From positions 1 through 43,329 of the forward strand of contig JAUCBJ010007983.1 in assembly GCA_032718475.1 (NCBI GenBank): 43,329 bases of DNA, given 5' to 3'. A program made the position numbers and the translations under genes. This DNA comes from Nemertoderma westbladi. Lineage: Eukaryota > Animalia > Xenacoelomorpha. This document shows, piece by piece, positions 21,754-33,646 of the stretch. The notes under the pieces are model-generated. The model saw nothing but the letters and a program-made list of their open reading frames with translations, did not search any database and was not told where the DNA came from. Position 1 is the first letter of the stretch. The number at the start of each line of letters is the position of its first letter.

Positions 21754-22805
21754 TCCTAACCCACCCCGTACCCAATGGGAGGACGGCCTACCAGTAACTA
21801 TAACTCCTAACCCACCCCGTACACAATGGGAGGACGGCCTACCGGTAACTATAACTCCTAACCCACCCCGTACCCAATGGGAGGACGGCCTACCGGTAAC
21901 TATAACTCCTAACTCCACCCCGTACACAATGGGAGGACGGCCTACCGGTAACTATAACTCCTAACCCACCCCGTACACAATGGGAGGACGGCCAACCAGT
22001 AACTATAACTCCTAACCCACCCCGAACCCAATGGGAGGACGGCCTACCGGTAACTATAACTCCTAACCCACCCCGTACCCAATGGGAGGACGGCCTACCG
22101 GTAACTATAACTCCTAACCCACCCCGTACCCAATGGGAGGACGGCCTACCAGTAACTATAACTCCTAACCCACCCCGTACCCAATGGGAGGACGGCCTAC
22201 CGGTAACTATAACTCCTAACCCACCCCGTACCCAATGGGAGGACGGCCTACCGGTAACTATAACTCCTAACCCACCCCGTACCCAATGGGAGGACGGCCT
22301 ACCGGTAACTATAACTCCTAACCCACCCCGTACCCAATGGGAGGACGGCCTACCGGTAACTATAACTCCTAACCCACCCTGTGCCCAATGGGAGGACGGC
22401 CTACCGGTAACTATAACTCCTAACCCGTACCCAATGGGAGGACGGCCTACCGGTAACTATAACTCCTAACCCGTACCCAATGGGAGGACGGCCTACCGGT
22501 AACTATAACTCCTAACCCACCCCGTACCCAATGGGAGGACGGCCTACCGGTAACTATAACTCCTAACCCACCCTGTGCCCAATGGGATGACGGCCTACCG
22601 GTAACTATAACTCCTAACCCGTACCCAATGGGAGGACGGCCTACCGGTATCTATAACTCCTAACCCGTACCCAATGGGAGGACGGCCTACCAGTAACTAT
22701 AACTCCTAACCCACCCCGTACACAATGGGAGGACGGCCTACCGGTAATATAACTCCTAACCCACCCCGTACCCAATGGGAGGACGGCCTACCAGTAACTA
22801 TAACT
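21754..22805. repeat. 51-bp minisatellite (TAACTATAACTCCTAACCCACCCCGTACCCAATGGGAGGACGGCCTACCGG), ~21 copies, some 46-bp variants
   Basis: Visible tandem array filling the intron between exons C and D. Confidence 0.97.
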
Positions 22806-22945
22806 GCTGCTTTTCGGCGGGATTTAAATTCCCCCAGCTGATCTAATAAACCCACTGCCTGAGATGGAGAACCAGTTGGTTCCGCTGCCCCTCTAAAGGG
22901 AAGCGACATGAATCTCTGGATTATCTCCCTTATTGTCCCCCTTAG

Positions 22946-23136
22946 ATGTCGCCTCTAGACGTTACCAGCTCGGTTTCTGCCATCGTATCATCCCAACGAA
23001 CCTCCCTCGATATGGATCGCACCCTAACCGAAGCTGTGCGACAGGCCATGTTGTTCATCTACGGAGACTCCTATATGGAACAACTGACTGACCTCGATAT
23101 GGAGGCCCTGGGCCCCAGAATTCTGTCGCAGTTCAG
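22946..23136 (+). CDS. Internal exon D of host gene
   Basis: CCCCCTTAG acceptor; MSPLDVTSSVS...LTDLDMEALGPRILSQF; CAG|GTAAGT donor; phase 0/2. Confidence 0.87.
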
Positions 23137-23241
23137 GTAAGTTTAGCTAATAACTAGCGTCGGTGGGTGAATCAATATTATTTACGGAGTGACTCTTTAT
23201 GAGTTATTTACGTTGTTACTTGGTTACTTTATTTACTATAG

Positions 23242-23371
23242 CGACTCAGAAGTGAACCAACTGAGTTCCGAGCAATGCCAGCAGTTTATGGGACGTCTGG
23301 GGAGCCATTCCGATCTAAATGTCGTCCGTTCTAGAAAGCAACGATTCGCTAATAAGATGTTGGATTGTATG
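23242..23371 (+). CDS. Internal exon E of host gene
   Basis: TTTACTATAG acceptor, phase 2 matching exon D. DSEVNQLSSEQCQQFMGRLGSHSDLNVVRSRKQRFANKMLDCM resembles the CxxFxxRI...R..L...AL.C disulfide segment of mesothelin-family proteins. ATG|GTAAGT donor. Confidence 0.87.
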
Positions 23372-23442
23372 GTAAGTTTCTTTGGATCTTTATCGGTTTT
23401 GAAGGTTAAGAATTTGGTTAAACATACTCCATACATGGAGCA

Positions 23443-26400
23443 GTGCTGTATATAACACTTATTCTTACCTTTGCTGTGGTGGATCTGTGCTGTATATAAC
23501 ACGTATTCTTTTATTTGCTGTGGTGGAACTGTGATGTATATAACACCTATTCTTACCTTTGCTGTGGTGGAACTGTGCCGTATATAACACTTATTCTTAG
23601 ATTTGCTGTGAAGGATCTGTGCTGTATATAACACTTATTCTTACATTTGCTGTGGTGGAACTGTGCTGTATATAACACTTATTCTTACCTTTGCTGTGGT
23701 GGAACTGTGCTGTATATAACACTTATTCTTACCTTTGCTGTGGTGGAACTGTGCTGTATATAACACTTATTCTTACCTTTGCTGTGGTGGAACTGTGCTG
23801 TATATAACACTTATTCTTAGCTTTTGCTGTGGTGGATCTGTGCTGTATATAACACGTATTCTTTTATTTGCTGTGGTGGAACTGTGATGTATATAACACC
23901 TATTCATACCTTTGCTGTGGTGGAACTGTGCCGTATATAACACTTATTCTTACCTTTGCTGTGAAGGATCTGTGCTGTATATAACACTTATTCTTACATT
24001 TGCTGTGGTGGAAATGTGCTGTATATAACACTTATTCTTACCTTTTGCTGTGGTGGAACTGTGCTGTATATAACACGTATTCTTATATTTGCTGTGGTGG
24101 AACTGTGATGTATATAACACTTATTCTTACCTTTGCTGTGGTGGAACTGTGCTGTATATAACACTTATTCTTACCTTTGCTGTGGTGAAACTGTGCGGTA
24201 TATAACTGTTATTCTTACCTTTGCTGTGATGGAACTGTGCTGTATATAACACTTAATATTACATTTGCTGTGGTGGAACTGTGCTGTATATAACACTTAT
24301 TCTTACCTTTGCTGTGGCGGAACTGTGCTGTATATAAAACACTTATTCTTACCTTTGCTGTGGTGGAACTGTGCTGTATATAACACTTATTCTTACCTTT
24401 GCTGTGGTGGAACTGTGCTGTATATAACACTTATTCTTCTTACATTTGCTGTGGTGGAACTGTGCTGTATATAACACTTATTCTTACCTTTGCTGTGGTG
24501 AAACTGTGCGGTATATAACTGTTATTCTTACCTTTGCTGTAATGGAACTGTGCTGTATATAACACTTAATATTACATTTGCTGTGGTGGAACTGTGCTGT
24601 ATATAACACTTATTCTTACCTTTGCAGTGGTGGAACTGTGCTGTATATAAAACACTTATTCTTACCTTTGCTGTGGTGGAACTGTGCTGTATATAACACT
24701 TATTCTTACCTTTGCTGTGGTGGAACTGTGCTGTATATAACACTTATTCTTCTTACCTTTGCTGTGGTGGAACTGTGCTGTATATAACACTTATTCTTAC
24801 CTTTGCTGTGGTGGAACTGTGCTGTATATAAAACACTTATTCTTACCTTTGCTGTGGTGGAACTGTGCTGTATATAACACTTATTCTTACATTTGCTGTG
24901 GTGGAACTGTGCTGTATATAACACTTATTCTTCTTACCTTTGCTGTGGTGGAACTGTGCTGTATATAAAACTTATTCTTACCTTTGCTGTGGTGGAACTG
25001 TGCCGTATATAACACTTATTCTTACCTTTGCTGTGAAGGATCTGTGCTGTATATAACACTTATTCTTACATTTGCTGTGGTGGAACTGTGCTGTATATAA
25101 CACTTATTCTTACCTTTGCTGTGGTGGATCTGTGCTGTATATAACACGTATTCTTTTATTTGCTGTGGTGGAACTGTGATGTATATAACACCTATTCTTA
25201 CCTTTGCTGTGGTGGAACTGTGCCGTATATAACACTTATTCTTACCTTTGCTGTGAAGGATCTGTGCTGTATATAACACTTATTCTTACATTTGCTGTGG
25301 TGGAACTGTGCTGTATATAACACTTATTCTTACCTTTTGCTGTGGTGGAACTGTGCTGTATATAACACGTATTCTTATATTTGCTGTGGTGGAACTGTGA
25401 TGTATATAACACTTATTCTTACCTTTGCTGTGGTGGACCTGTGCTGTATATAACACTTATTCTTACCTTTGCTGTGGTGAAACTGTGCGGTATATAACTG
25501 TTATTCTTACCTTTGCTGTGATGGAACTGTGCTGTATATAACACTTAATATTACATTTGCTGTGGTGGAACTGTGCTGTATATAACACTTATTCTTACCT
25601 TTGCTGTGGTGGAACTGTGCTGTATATAAAACACTTATTCTTACCTTTGCTGTGGTGGAACTGTGCTGTATATAACACTTATTCTTACCTTTGCTGTGGT
25701 GGAACTGTGCTGTATATAACACTTATTCTTCTTACCTTTGCTGTGGTGGAACTGTGCTGTATATAACACTTATTCTTACCTTTGCTGTGGTGGAACTGTG
25801 CTGTATATAACACTTATTCTTACCTTTTGCTGTGGTGGAACTGTGCTGTATATAACACGTATTCTTATATTTGCTGTGGTGGAACTGTGATGTATATAAC
25901 ACTTATTCTTACCTTTGCTGTGGTGGAACTGTGCTGTATATAACACTTATTCTTACCTTTGCTGTGGTGAAACTGTGCGGTATATAACTGTTATTCTTAC
26001 TTTTGCTGTGATGGAACTGTGCTGTATATAACACTTAATATTACATTTGCTGTGGTGGAACTGTGCTGTATATAACACTTATTCTTACCTTTGCTGTGGT
26101 GGAACTGTGCTGTATATAAAACACTTATTCTTACCTTTGCTGTGGTGGAACTGTGCTGTATATAACACTTATTCTTACCTTTGCTGTGGTGGAACTGTGC
26201 TGTATATAACACTTATTCTTACCTTTGCAGTGGTGGAACTGTGCTGTATATAAAACACTTATTCTTACCTTTGCTGTGGTGGAACTGTGCTGTATATAAC
26301 ACTTATTCTTACCTTTGCTGTGGTGGAACTGTGCTGTATATAACACTTATTCTTCTTACCTTTGCTGTGGTGGAACTGTGCTGTATATAACACTTATTCT

Positions 26401-29400
26401 TACCTTTGCTGTGGTGGAACTGTGCTGTATATAAAACACTTATTCTTACCTTTGCTGTGGTGGAACTGTGCTGTATATAACACTTATTCTTACCTTTGCT
26501 GTGGTGGAACTGTGCTGTATATAACACTTATTCTTCTTACCTTTGCTGTGGTGGAACTGTGCTGTATATAACACTTATTCTTACCTTTGCTGTGGTGGAA
26601 CTGTGCTGTATATAAAACACTTATTCTTTTACCTTTGCTGTGGTGGAACTGTGCTGTATATAACACTTATTCTTACCTTTGCTGTGGTGGAACTGTGCTG
26701 TATGTAACACTTATTCTTCTTACCTTTGCTGTGGTGGAACTGTGCTGTATATAACACTTATTCTTACCTTTGCTGTGCTGGAACTGTGCCGTATATAACA
26801 CTTATTCTTACCTTTGCTGTGAAGGATCTGTGCTGTATATAACACTTATTCTTACATTTGCTGTGGTGGAACTGTGCTGTATATAACACTTATTCTTACC
26901 TTTGCTGTGGTGGATCTGTGCTGTATATAACACGTATTCTTTTATTTGCTGTGGTGGAACTGTGATGTATATAACACCTATTCTTACCTTTGCTGTGGTG
27001 GAACTGTGCCGTATATAACACTTATTCTTACCTTTGCTGTGAAGGATCTGTGCTGTATATAACACTTATTCTTACATTTGCTGTGGTGGAACTGTGCTGT
27101 ATATAACACTTATTCTTACCTTTTGCTGTGGTGGAACTGTGCTGTATATAACACGTATTCTTATATTTGCTGTGGTGGAACTGTGATGTATATAACACTT
27201 ATTCTTACCTTTGCTGTGGTGGAACTGTGCTGTATATAACACTTATTCTTACCTTTGCTGTGGTGAAACTGTGCGGTATATAACTGTTATTCTTACCTTT
27301 GCTGTGATGGAACTGTGCTGTATATAACACTTAATATTACATTTGCTGTGGTGGAACTGTGCTGTATATAACACTTTCTTACCTTTGCTGTGGTGGAACT
27401 GTGCTGTATATAAAACATTTATTCTTACCTTTGCTGTGGTGGAACTGTGCTGTATATAACACTTATTCTTACCTTTGCTGTGGTGGAACAGTGCTGTATA
27501 TAACACTTATTCTTCTTACCTTTGCTGTGGTGGAACTGTGCTGTATATAACACTTATTCTTACCTTTGCTGTGGTGGAACTGTGCTGTATATAAATAACA
27601 CTTATTCTTACCTTTGCTGTGGTGGAACTGCGCTGTATATAAATAACACTTATTCTTACCTTTGCTGTGGTGGAACTGTGCTGTATATAACACTTATTCT
27701 TCTTACCTTTGTTGTGGTGGAACTGTGCTGTATATAACACTTATTCTTACCTTTGCTGTGGTGGAACTGTGCTGTATATAACACTTATTCTTCTTACCTT
27801 TGCTGTGGTGGAACTGTGTTGTATATAAATAACACTTATTCTTACCTTTGCTGTGGTGGAACTGTGCTGTATATAACACTTATTCTTACCTTTGCTGTGG
27901 TGGAACTGTGCTGTATATAACACTTATTCTTCTTACCTTTGCTGTGGTGGAACTGTGCTGTATATAACACTTATTCTTACCTTTGCTGTGGTGGAACTGT
28001 GCTGTATATAACACTTATTCTTACCTTTGCTGTGGTGGAACTGTGCTGTATATAACACTTATTCTTCTTACCTTTGCTGTGGTGGAACTGTGCTGTATAT
28101 AACACTTATTCTTACCTTTGCTGTGGTGGAACTGTGCTGTATATAACACTTATTCTTACCTTTGCTGAGGTGGAACTGTGCTGTATATAAATAACACTTA
28201 TTCTTCTTACCTTTGCTGTGGTGGAACTGTGCTGTATATAACACTTATTCTTACCTTTGCTGTGGTGGAACTGTGCTGTATATAACACTTATTCTTCTTA
28301 CCTTTGCTGTGGTGGAACTGTGTTGTATATAAATAACACTTATTCTTACCTTTGCTGTGGTGGAACTGTGCTGTATATAACACTTATTCTTCTTACCTTT
28401 GCTGTGGTGGAACTGTGCTGTATATAACACTTATTCTTACCTTTGCTGTGGTGGAACTGTGCTGTATATAACACTTTCTTACCTTTGCTGTGGTGGAACT
28501 GTGCTGTATATAAAACACTTATTCTTACCTTTGCTGTGGTGGAACTGTGCTGTATATAACACTTATTCTTACCTTTGCTGTGGTGGAACAGTGCTGTATA
28601 TAACACTTATTCTTCTTACCTTTGCTGTGGTGGAACTGTGCTGTATATAACACTTATTCTTACCTTTGCTGTGGTGGAACTGTGCTGTATATAAATAACA
28701 CTTATTCTTACCTTTGCTGTGGTGGAACTGCGCTGTATATAAATAACACTTATTCTTACCTTTGCTGTGGTGGAACTGTGCTGTATATAACACTTATTCT
28801 TCTTACCTTTGCTGTGGTGGAACTGTGCTGTATATAACACTTATTCTTACCTTTGCTGTGGTGGAACTGTGCTGTATATAACACTTATTCTTCTTACCTT
28901 TGCTGTGGTGGAACTGTGTTGTATATAAATAACACTTATTCTTACCTTTGCTGTGGTGGAACTGTGCTGTATATAACACTTATTCTTACCTTTGCTGTGG
29001 TGGAACTGTGCTGTATATAACACTTATTCTTCTTACCTTTGCTGTGGTGGAACTGTGCTGTATATAACACTTATTCTTACCTTTGCTGTGGTGGAACTGT
29101 GCTGTATATAACACTTATTCTTACCTTTGCTGTGGTGGAACTGTGCTGTATATAACACTTATTCTTCTTACCTTTGCTGTGGTGGAACTGTGCTGTATAT
29201 AACACTTATTCTTACCTTTGCTGTGGTGGAACTGTGCTGTATATAACACTTATTCTTACCTTTGCTGAGGTGGAACTGTGCTGTATATAAATAACACTTA
29301 TTCTTCTTACCTTTGCTGTGGTGGAACTGTGCTGTATATAACACTTATTCTTACCTTTGCTGTGGTGGAACTGTGCTGTATATAACACTTATTCTTCTTA

Positions 29401-30083
29401 CCTTTGCTGTGGTGGAACTGTGTTGTATATAAATAACACTTATTCTTACCTTTGCTGTGGTGGAACTGTGCTGTATATAACACTTATTCTTCTTACCTTT
29501 GCTGTGGTGGAACTGTGCTGTATATAACACTTATTCTTACCTTTGCTGTGGTGGAACTGTGCTGTATATAACACTTATTCTTACCTTTGCTGTGGTGGAA
29601 CTGTGCTGTATATAAATCACACTTATTCTTCTTACCTTTGCTGTGGTGGAACTGTGCTGTATATAACACTTATTCTTACCTTTGCTGTGGTGGAACTGTG
29701 CTGTATATAACACTTATTCTTCTTACCTTTGCTGTGGTGGAACTGTGCTGTATATAACACTTATTCTTACATTTGCTGTGGTGGAACTGTGCTGTATATA
29801 AATCACACTTATTCTTCTTCCCTTTGCTGTGGTGGAACTGTGCTGTATATAACACTTATTCTTCTTACCTTTGCTGTGGTGGAACTGTGCTGTATATAAC
29901 ACTTATTCTTCTTACCTTTGCTGTGGTGGAACTGTGCTGTATATAAATAACACTTATTCTTCTTACCTTTGCTGTGGTGGAACTGTGCTGTATATAACAC
30001 TTATTCTTACATTTGCTGTGGTGGAACTGTGATGTGTATAACACATAGTTTTACCTCCTTTGCTGCGGTGGAATGTGCTGTAT
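23443..30083. repeat. 44-bp minisatellite (CACTTATTCTTACCTTTGCTGTGGTGGAACTGTGCTGTATATAA), ~150 copies
   Basis: Visible tandem array with 42-51-bp length variants and higher-order blocks. Confidence 0.98.
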
Positions 30084-30239
30084 CTGTGGTTCTTCGGTCA
30101 CTATTAGATTCATTATTGGTTGAGGTATAACCTATTTGGTTATAAATTGTGGTACTAATCTTATATTTACTGTTACAATAATTACTTACTGAACTATTTT
30201 ATTTTTAATATTACAAACTGTTTTATTTGTTTTCTACAG

Positions 30240-30251
30240 TTTAAAAACGCG
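30240..30251 (+). CDS. Candidate 12-nt microexon (FKNA) of host gene
   Basis: TGTTTTATTTGTTTTCTACAG|TTTAAAAACGCG|GTATGT; frame-preserving, phase 0/0 after exon E. Confidence 0.5.
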
Positions 30252-30432
30252 GTATGTATAATTAATATTTACTATACCAGCCAGACAAGGAGGTTAATAA
30301 ATTGGCGTGGACTGTCTTCTGTTGTGTGTTGTTTGATTGGATGGTCTAGAAACGACTGTATGGGCGGTCAGTTACACCCAATCAGTGCATGCCTTGATCA
30401 TCCATCAGAAATAACACGTAATTGTCTTACAG

Positions 30433-30658
30433 TCAGTATGAATGCTTACTTTATTCTAAAGAAACGTGTTTGGTGCTGGGAGTTTGTACTTTTTTGTAAA
30501 ATCTTATTAAAAACTTTTTAGTAAAATCAATGGCCTAATCAAGTGGCCATTGATTTTACTTAGTAAAGTGCTTATCTACAACCTACGATTCATACAAAAA
30601 AGTACAAACTCCCAGCACCAAACACGTTTCTTTAGAATAAAGTAAGCATTCATACTGA
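30433..30658. mobile_element. Foldback/MITE-like palindrome
   Basis: ~66-bp perfect inverted arms (30433-30498 / 30593-30658) plus an inner 16-bp inverted pair (30520-30535 / 30545-30560). Confidence 0.8.
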
Positions 30659-30835
30659 ATGTTACGAATGTCATGATAAACAGCTAAACAGATCAATTTA
30701 GTGGAACTCCCGGTTGCTTTTTATTCACAAACTCCTTCAGTCTTTACAACGAGATTAATTCGATAATTTATTCGATTCAACTTTCAGCCAAATTCATTCA
30801 ATAAATGTAAACAAATTCCTTCCTTCTCACTGACT

Positions 30836-30935
30836 ATATGTGGGGCGAGCCACGAAGTTGGCGGAGCCTTAGCGAGTTGACACTGCTAGGGGGTGGGTCA
30901 ATTTATGCAAATAGTTGTCGTCGTCGTCGTTGTCG

Positions 30936-30967
<32 letters not shown>

Positions 30968-31820
30968 GTCGTCGTCGTCGTTACGATTTTGACATGCTAA
31001 TAACTTTGTCGGATTTAAAGCTGCCAAGTTGAAAATTTGTAGGTATCAATATGAGCAAAAGTTGAGATTTTTGAGAGACTTTCAGACACCATCAGTGCAA
31101 TGGTCTCCCGCTAGAGGGCCACATGTCTAAACATTAAATGGCCACCCATTTCTTTGCTTTTAATCCGTTTAAGCTGAAACTTGGGAAGTATGTACTAGAC
31201 CATTAGCTGTAAATTTCAAAGGAGGCTAATCTGTCTGCAGTTCTCCAGTCTGCCGCTAGAGGGCGAAATGTCCCGAATGTGAAATTATTCTTCCATTTAG
31301 TTGTTTATGATCTGATTACGCTGAAACTTGTCATATATGTACTAGAAGACATCCTAAGTCTTTGTGTGGACAGTAATCGGTCCGGAGTTTTCGAGTCTGC
31401 CGCTAGAGGGCGAAATGTAGGAAAGTGATAACCTTCGCGAATTCCTTGATCTTAATCTATTTAAGCTGAATTTTGGAATATACAGTACCGGTATGTACTA
31501 GACCACATGCCTCGTCTTTGTGAGGAAGGTGATCGATCCGTAGTTCTTTAATATGCCGCTAGAGGGCTAAATGTATGAAAGTGAAAACCTTCCAACATTT
31601 CGTTATTTATGATCCGTCAATCGGAAACTTGGTAGATATGTAATAGACCATAGGCTGTGGCGTTGTAGGGAAACTAATCCTTCCTTCTTCAGTTACCCAG
31701 TCTCCCGCTAGAGGGTTAACGTTTTCCGGGAAAATCTTCTCCTATGTTTTTATAATCCTTTCGAGTTGATACTTAGCATTAACTCATTTCACGTGCTGCG
31801 CGAAGGCCCCACTTCGTGTA
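30836..31820. mobile_element. Non-autonomous element with subterminal inverted repeats, microsatellite and ~148-bp internal tandem repeats (Helentron/HINE-like architecture)
   Basis: CACGAAGT (30851) / ACTTCGTG (31811) and GTGGGGC / GCCCCAC inverted motifs; (GTC)n near the left end; five internal units marked by CCGCTAGAGGG. Confidence 0.65.
30916..30981. repeat. (GTC)n microsatellite
   Basis: Directly visible, with two GTT interruptions. Confidence 0.97.
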
Positions 31821-31829
31821 TATATATGT

Positions 31830-32225
31830 ATCTCACATGCAGCCATAATGCCGGTTTTACCCGATTGGGTGAAGTCTTATGGCTGCATCATATATAAGAC
31901 AATGGCCTTATGGTCACAAAAATGGCCTTATGGTCACATGCAGCCATATGAAATAGACCGGCCTTATGGCTTCATATTTCCAGATAGGGAATTGGAGGAA
32001 CCATATATCTGGCACAATAATTGGCTATATAAATTATGTTATATTATATATTTAGCTGAAACTTTTTTTTTTAATAAATGACTTATGATGGCTGCATGGA
32101 AATAATTTACCCTGCAGCCATAAGGCCATTTGCGCCCACTGTGGGCTTGGCTGCAAATTAAATAGTAAAATAAAACATGCAGCCATAAGCAATCAGGTAA
32201 TATATGGACTTTATAGCTGGCTGTA
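31830..32225. repeat. Degenerate cluster of GCAGCCATA / TATGGC motifs in both orientations; probable DNA-transposon end remnant
   Basis: CATGCAGCCATA at ~31836, 31937 and 32176; TATGGCTGCA at 31878; several TTATGG copies. Confidence 0.45.
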
Positions 32226-32759
32226 TGATTTATTTTATCTTTGTTCGTGTCTCTTAAGATTTTAATGTAAAATTTGACAAAATATTTCTACAATCATATT
32301 TCGAACAAATTGAAAGATAATTGAAATTATGGGTTTCTATGCCAATTTTTTTTGCTTAAGAGGCTTAACCTTTTTAGACAAATAAATGTTCTCTTTGATT
32401 TACCTAGATGGCTAGATTTAATCATTAATGACAATGTCATAGGTAGTTGAAAATGGCCTCACCACATATCTTTTATTTCTCGATTTATAATACTGTAGCT
32501 AGGTAGCTGGCTGTCTTTTCATGTCCATCATGTTGGTTTGTCCATCAAAAAGTTAGACGGCATACCAACAATCTAAAATAGAACAACGACGACGTTGTTC
32601 TAAAATATTCGCCATTATTTGGGATTTCCTGGACGACGACTTCATTTCTAGTGTCAGATATCAAATTTGGCGGAATCTAGTCTCTTTCTATTTGTTTGAC
32701 TGTCTCCACATCAATACTGACATAACATACAAACAGTTTCATTGCTGCCAATCAATAAT

Positions 32760-33500
32760 GCTAACATCGGAAATGAAATCGGAGACCAGGTAAACCTCAT
32801 AAGATTTTAACTATGTGGTGCGATATAGTATAATTTAACATACGGATTGACAGACAAACGGACAGACAGACAGACAGTTTAGATGCCACCAAATATGAAA
32901 ACTGATATCGAAAATAAGACGGACACCAAGAAAACGGAATCAGGACAATTCAATCACGGTCAATTAATTCGGTCCCATTAATTTAATGTTTTGGGACCGA
33001 ATTGACCGGATACTTGATATGGAATGAAATCAGAGAACAATAAAAAGCACACATCGAATATTTTTGCATTGCGGTATGTTAAAATATATTTTGACAGACA
33101 GAACGAACGACTGACAAACGGACAGACATACAAACTTTACAAATGCTGCCAAACATGAAAACTGATTCTGTAAATTAAGTCAGAGTCCAAGAAAGCAGAC
33201 ATTCCCAGGATTTTAGCTTTGTAGGGTGTCATATTGTATTTTGACAGACAGATCGACTGACAAACGGACAGACGTATACAAACTGTACAAATGCTGCTAA
33301 ACATGAAAACTGATATCGTAAATGAAGTCAGGGTCCAAGAAAACAGAGGATTTTAGCATTTGTAGGGTTTATATTATATTTTGACGGACAGATCCACTGA
33401 CAAACGAACAGATACAAACTGTACAAAATGCCGCCAAACTTGAAAACTGATATGGGAAATGAAATCAGTGATGAAAATCTACATATGGAAGATTTTAGCT
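32760..33500. repeat. Diverged ~115-148-bp tandem repeat, same family as 17870-18600
   Basis: TGAAAACTGAT...GAAAT/GTCAG...TTTTAGC...GACAGACAGA units at ~32760, 32897, 33012, 33156, 33304 and 33441. Confidence 0.8.
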
Positions 33501-33646
33501 GTCTGGTCTAATATATTGTATATGGATATGAGCCCCAGCAAATGTCGGTACACATATAGGATAATTGCTACAAGCAGATAATAATTGATGAAACTTTTTT
33601 ACCCAATATTTCTTCAACCTCTATTGGTATCAACAAACATCTATAA

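Noticed and set aside
21730-22805. Telomeric repeat (TTAGGG/CCTAACCC)
   Set aside because: Single motif per unit, with no tandem telomeric tract.
18626-30000. Many repetitive ORFs (MACCDTLDTL.., MLYTAQFHH.., MLWWNCAVY..)
   Set aside because: Translations of minisatellites on both strands, with frame-breaking length variants in the 44- and 51-bp arrays and no supporting gene structure.
30838-31032. Protamine-like Arg/Cys ORF
   Set aside because: The poly-Arg is the (GTC)n microsatellite of a non-autonomous element.
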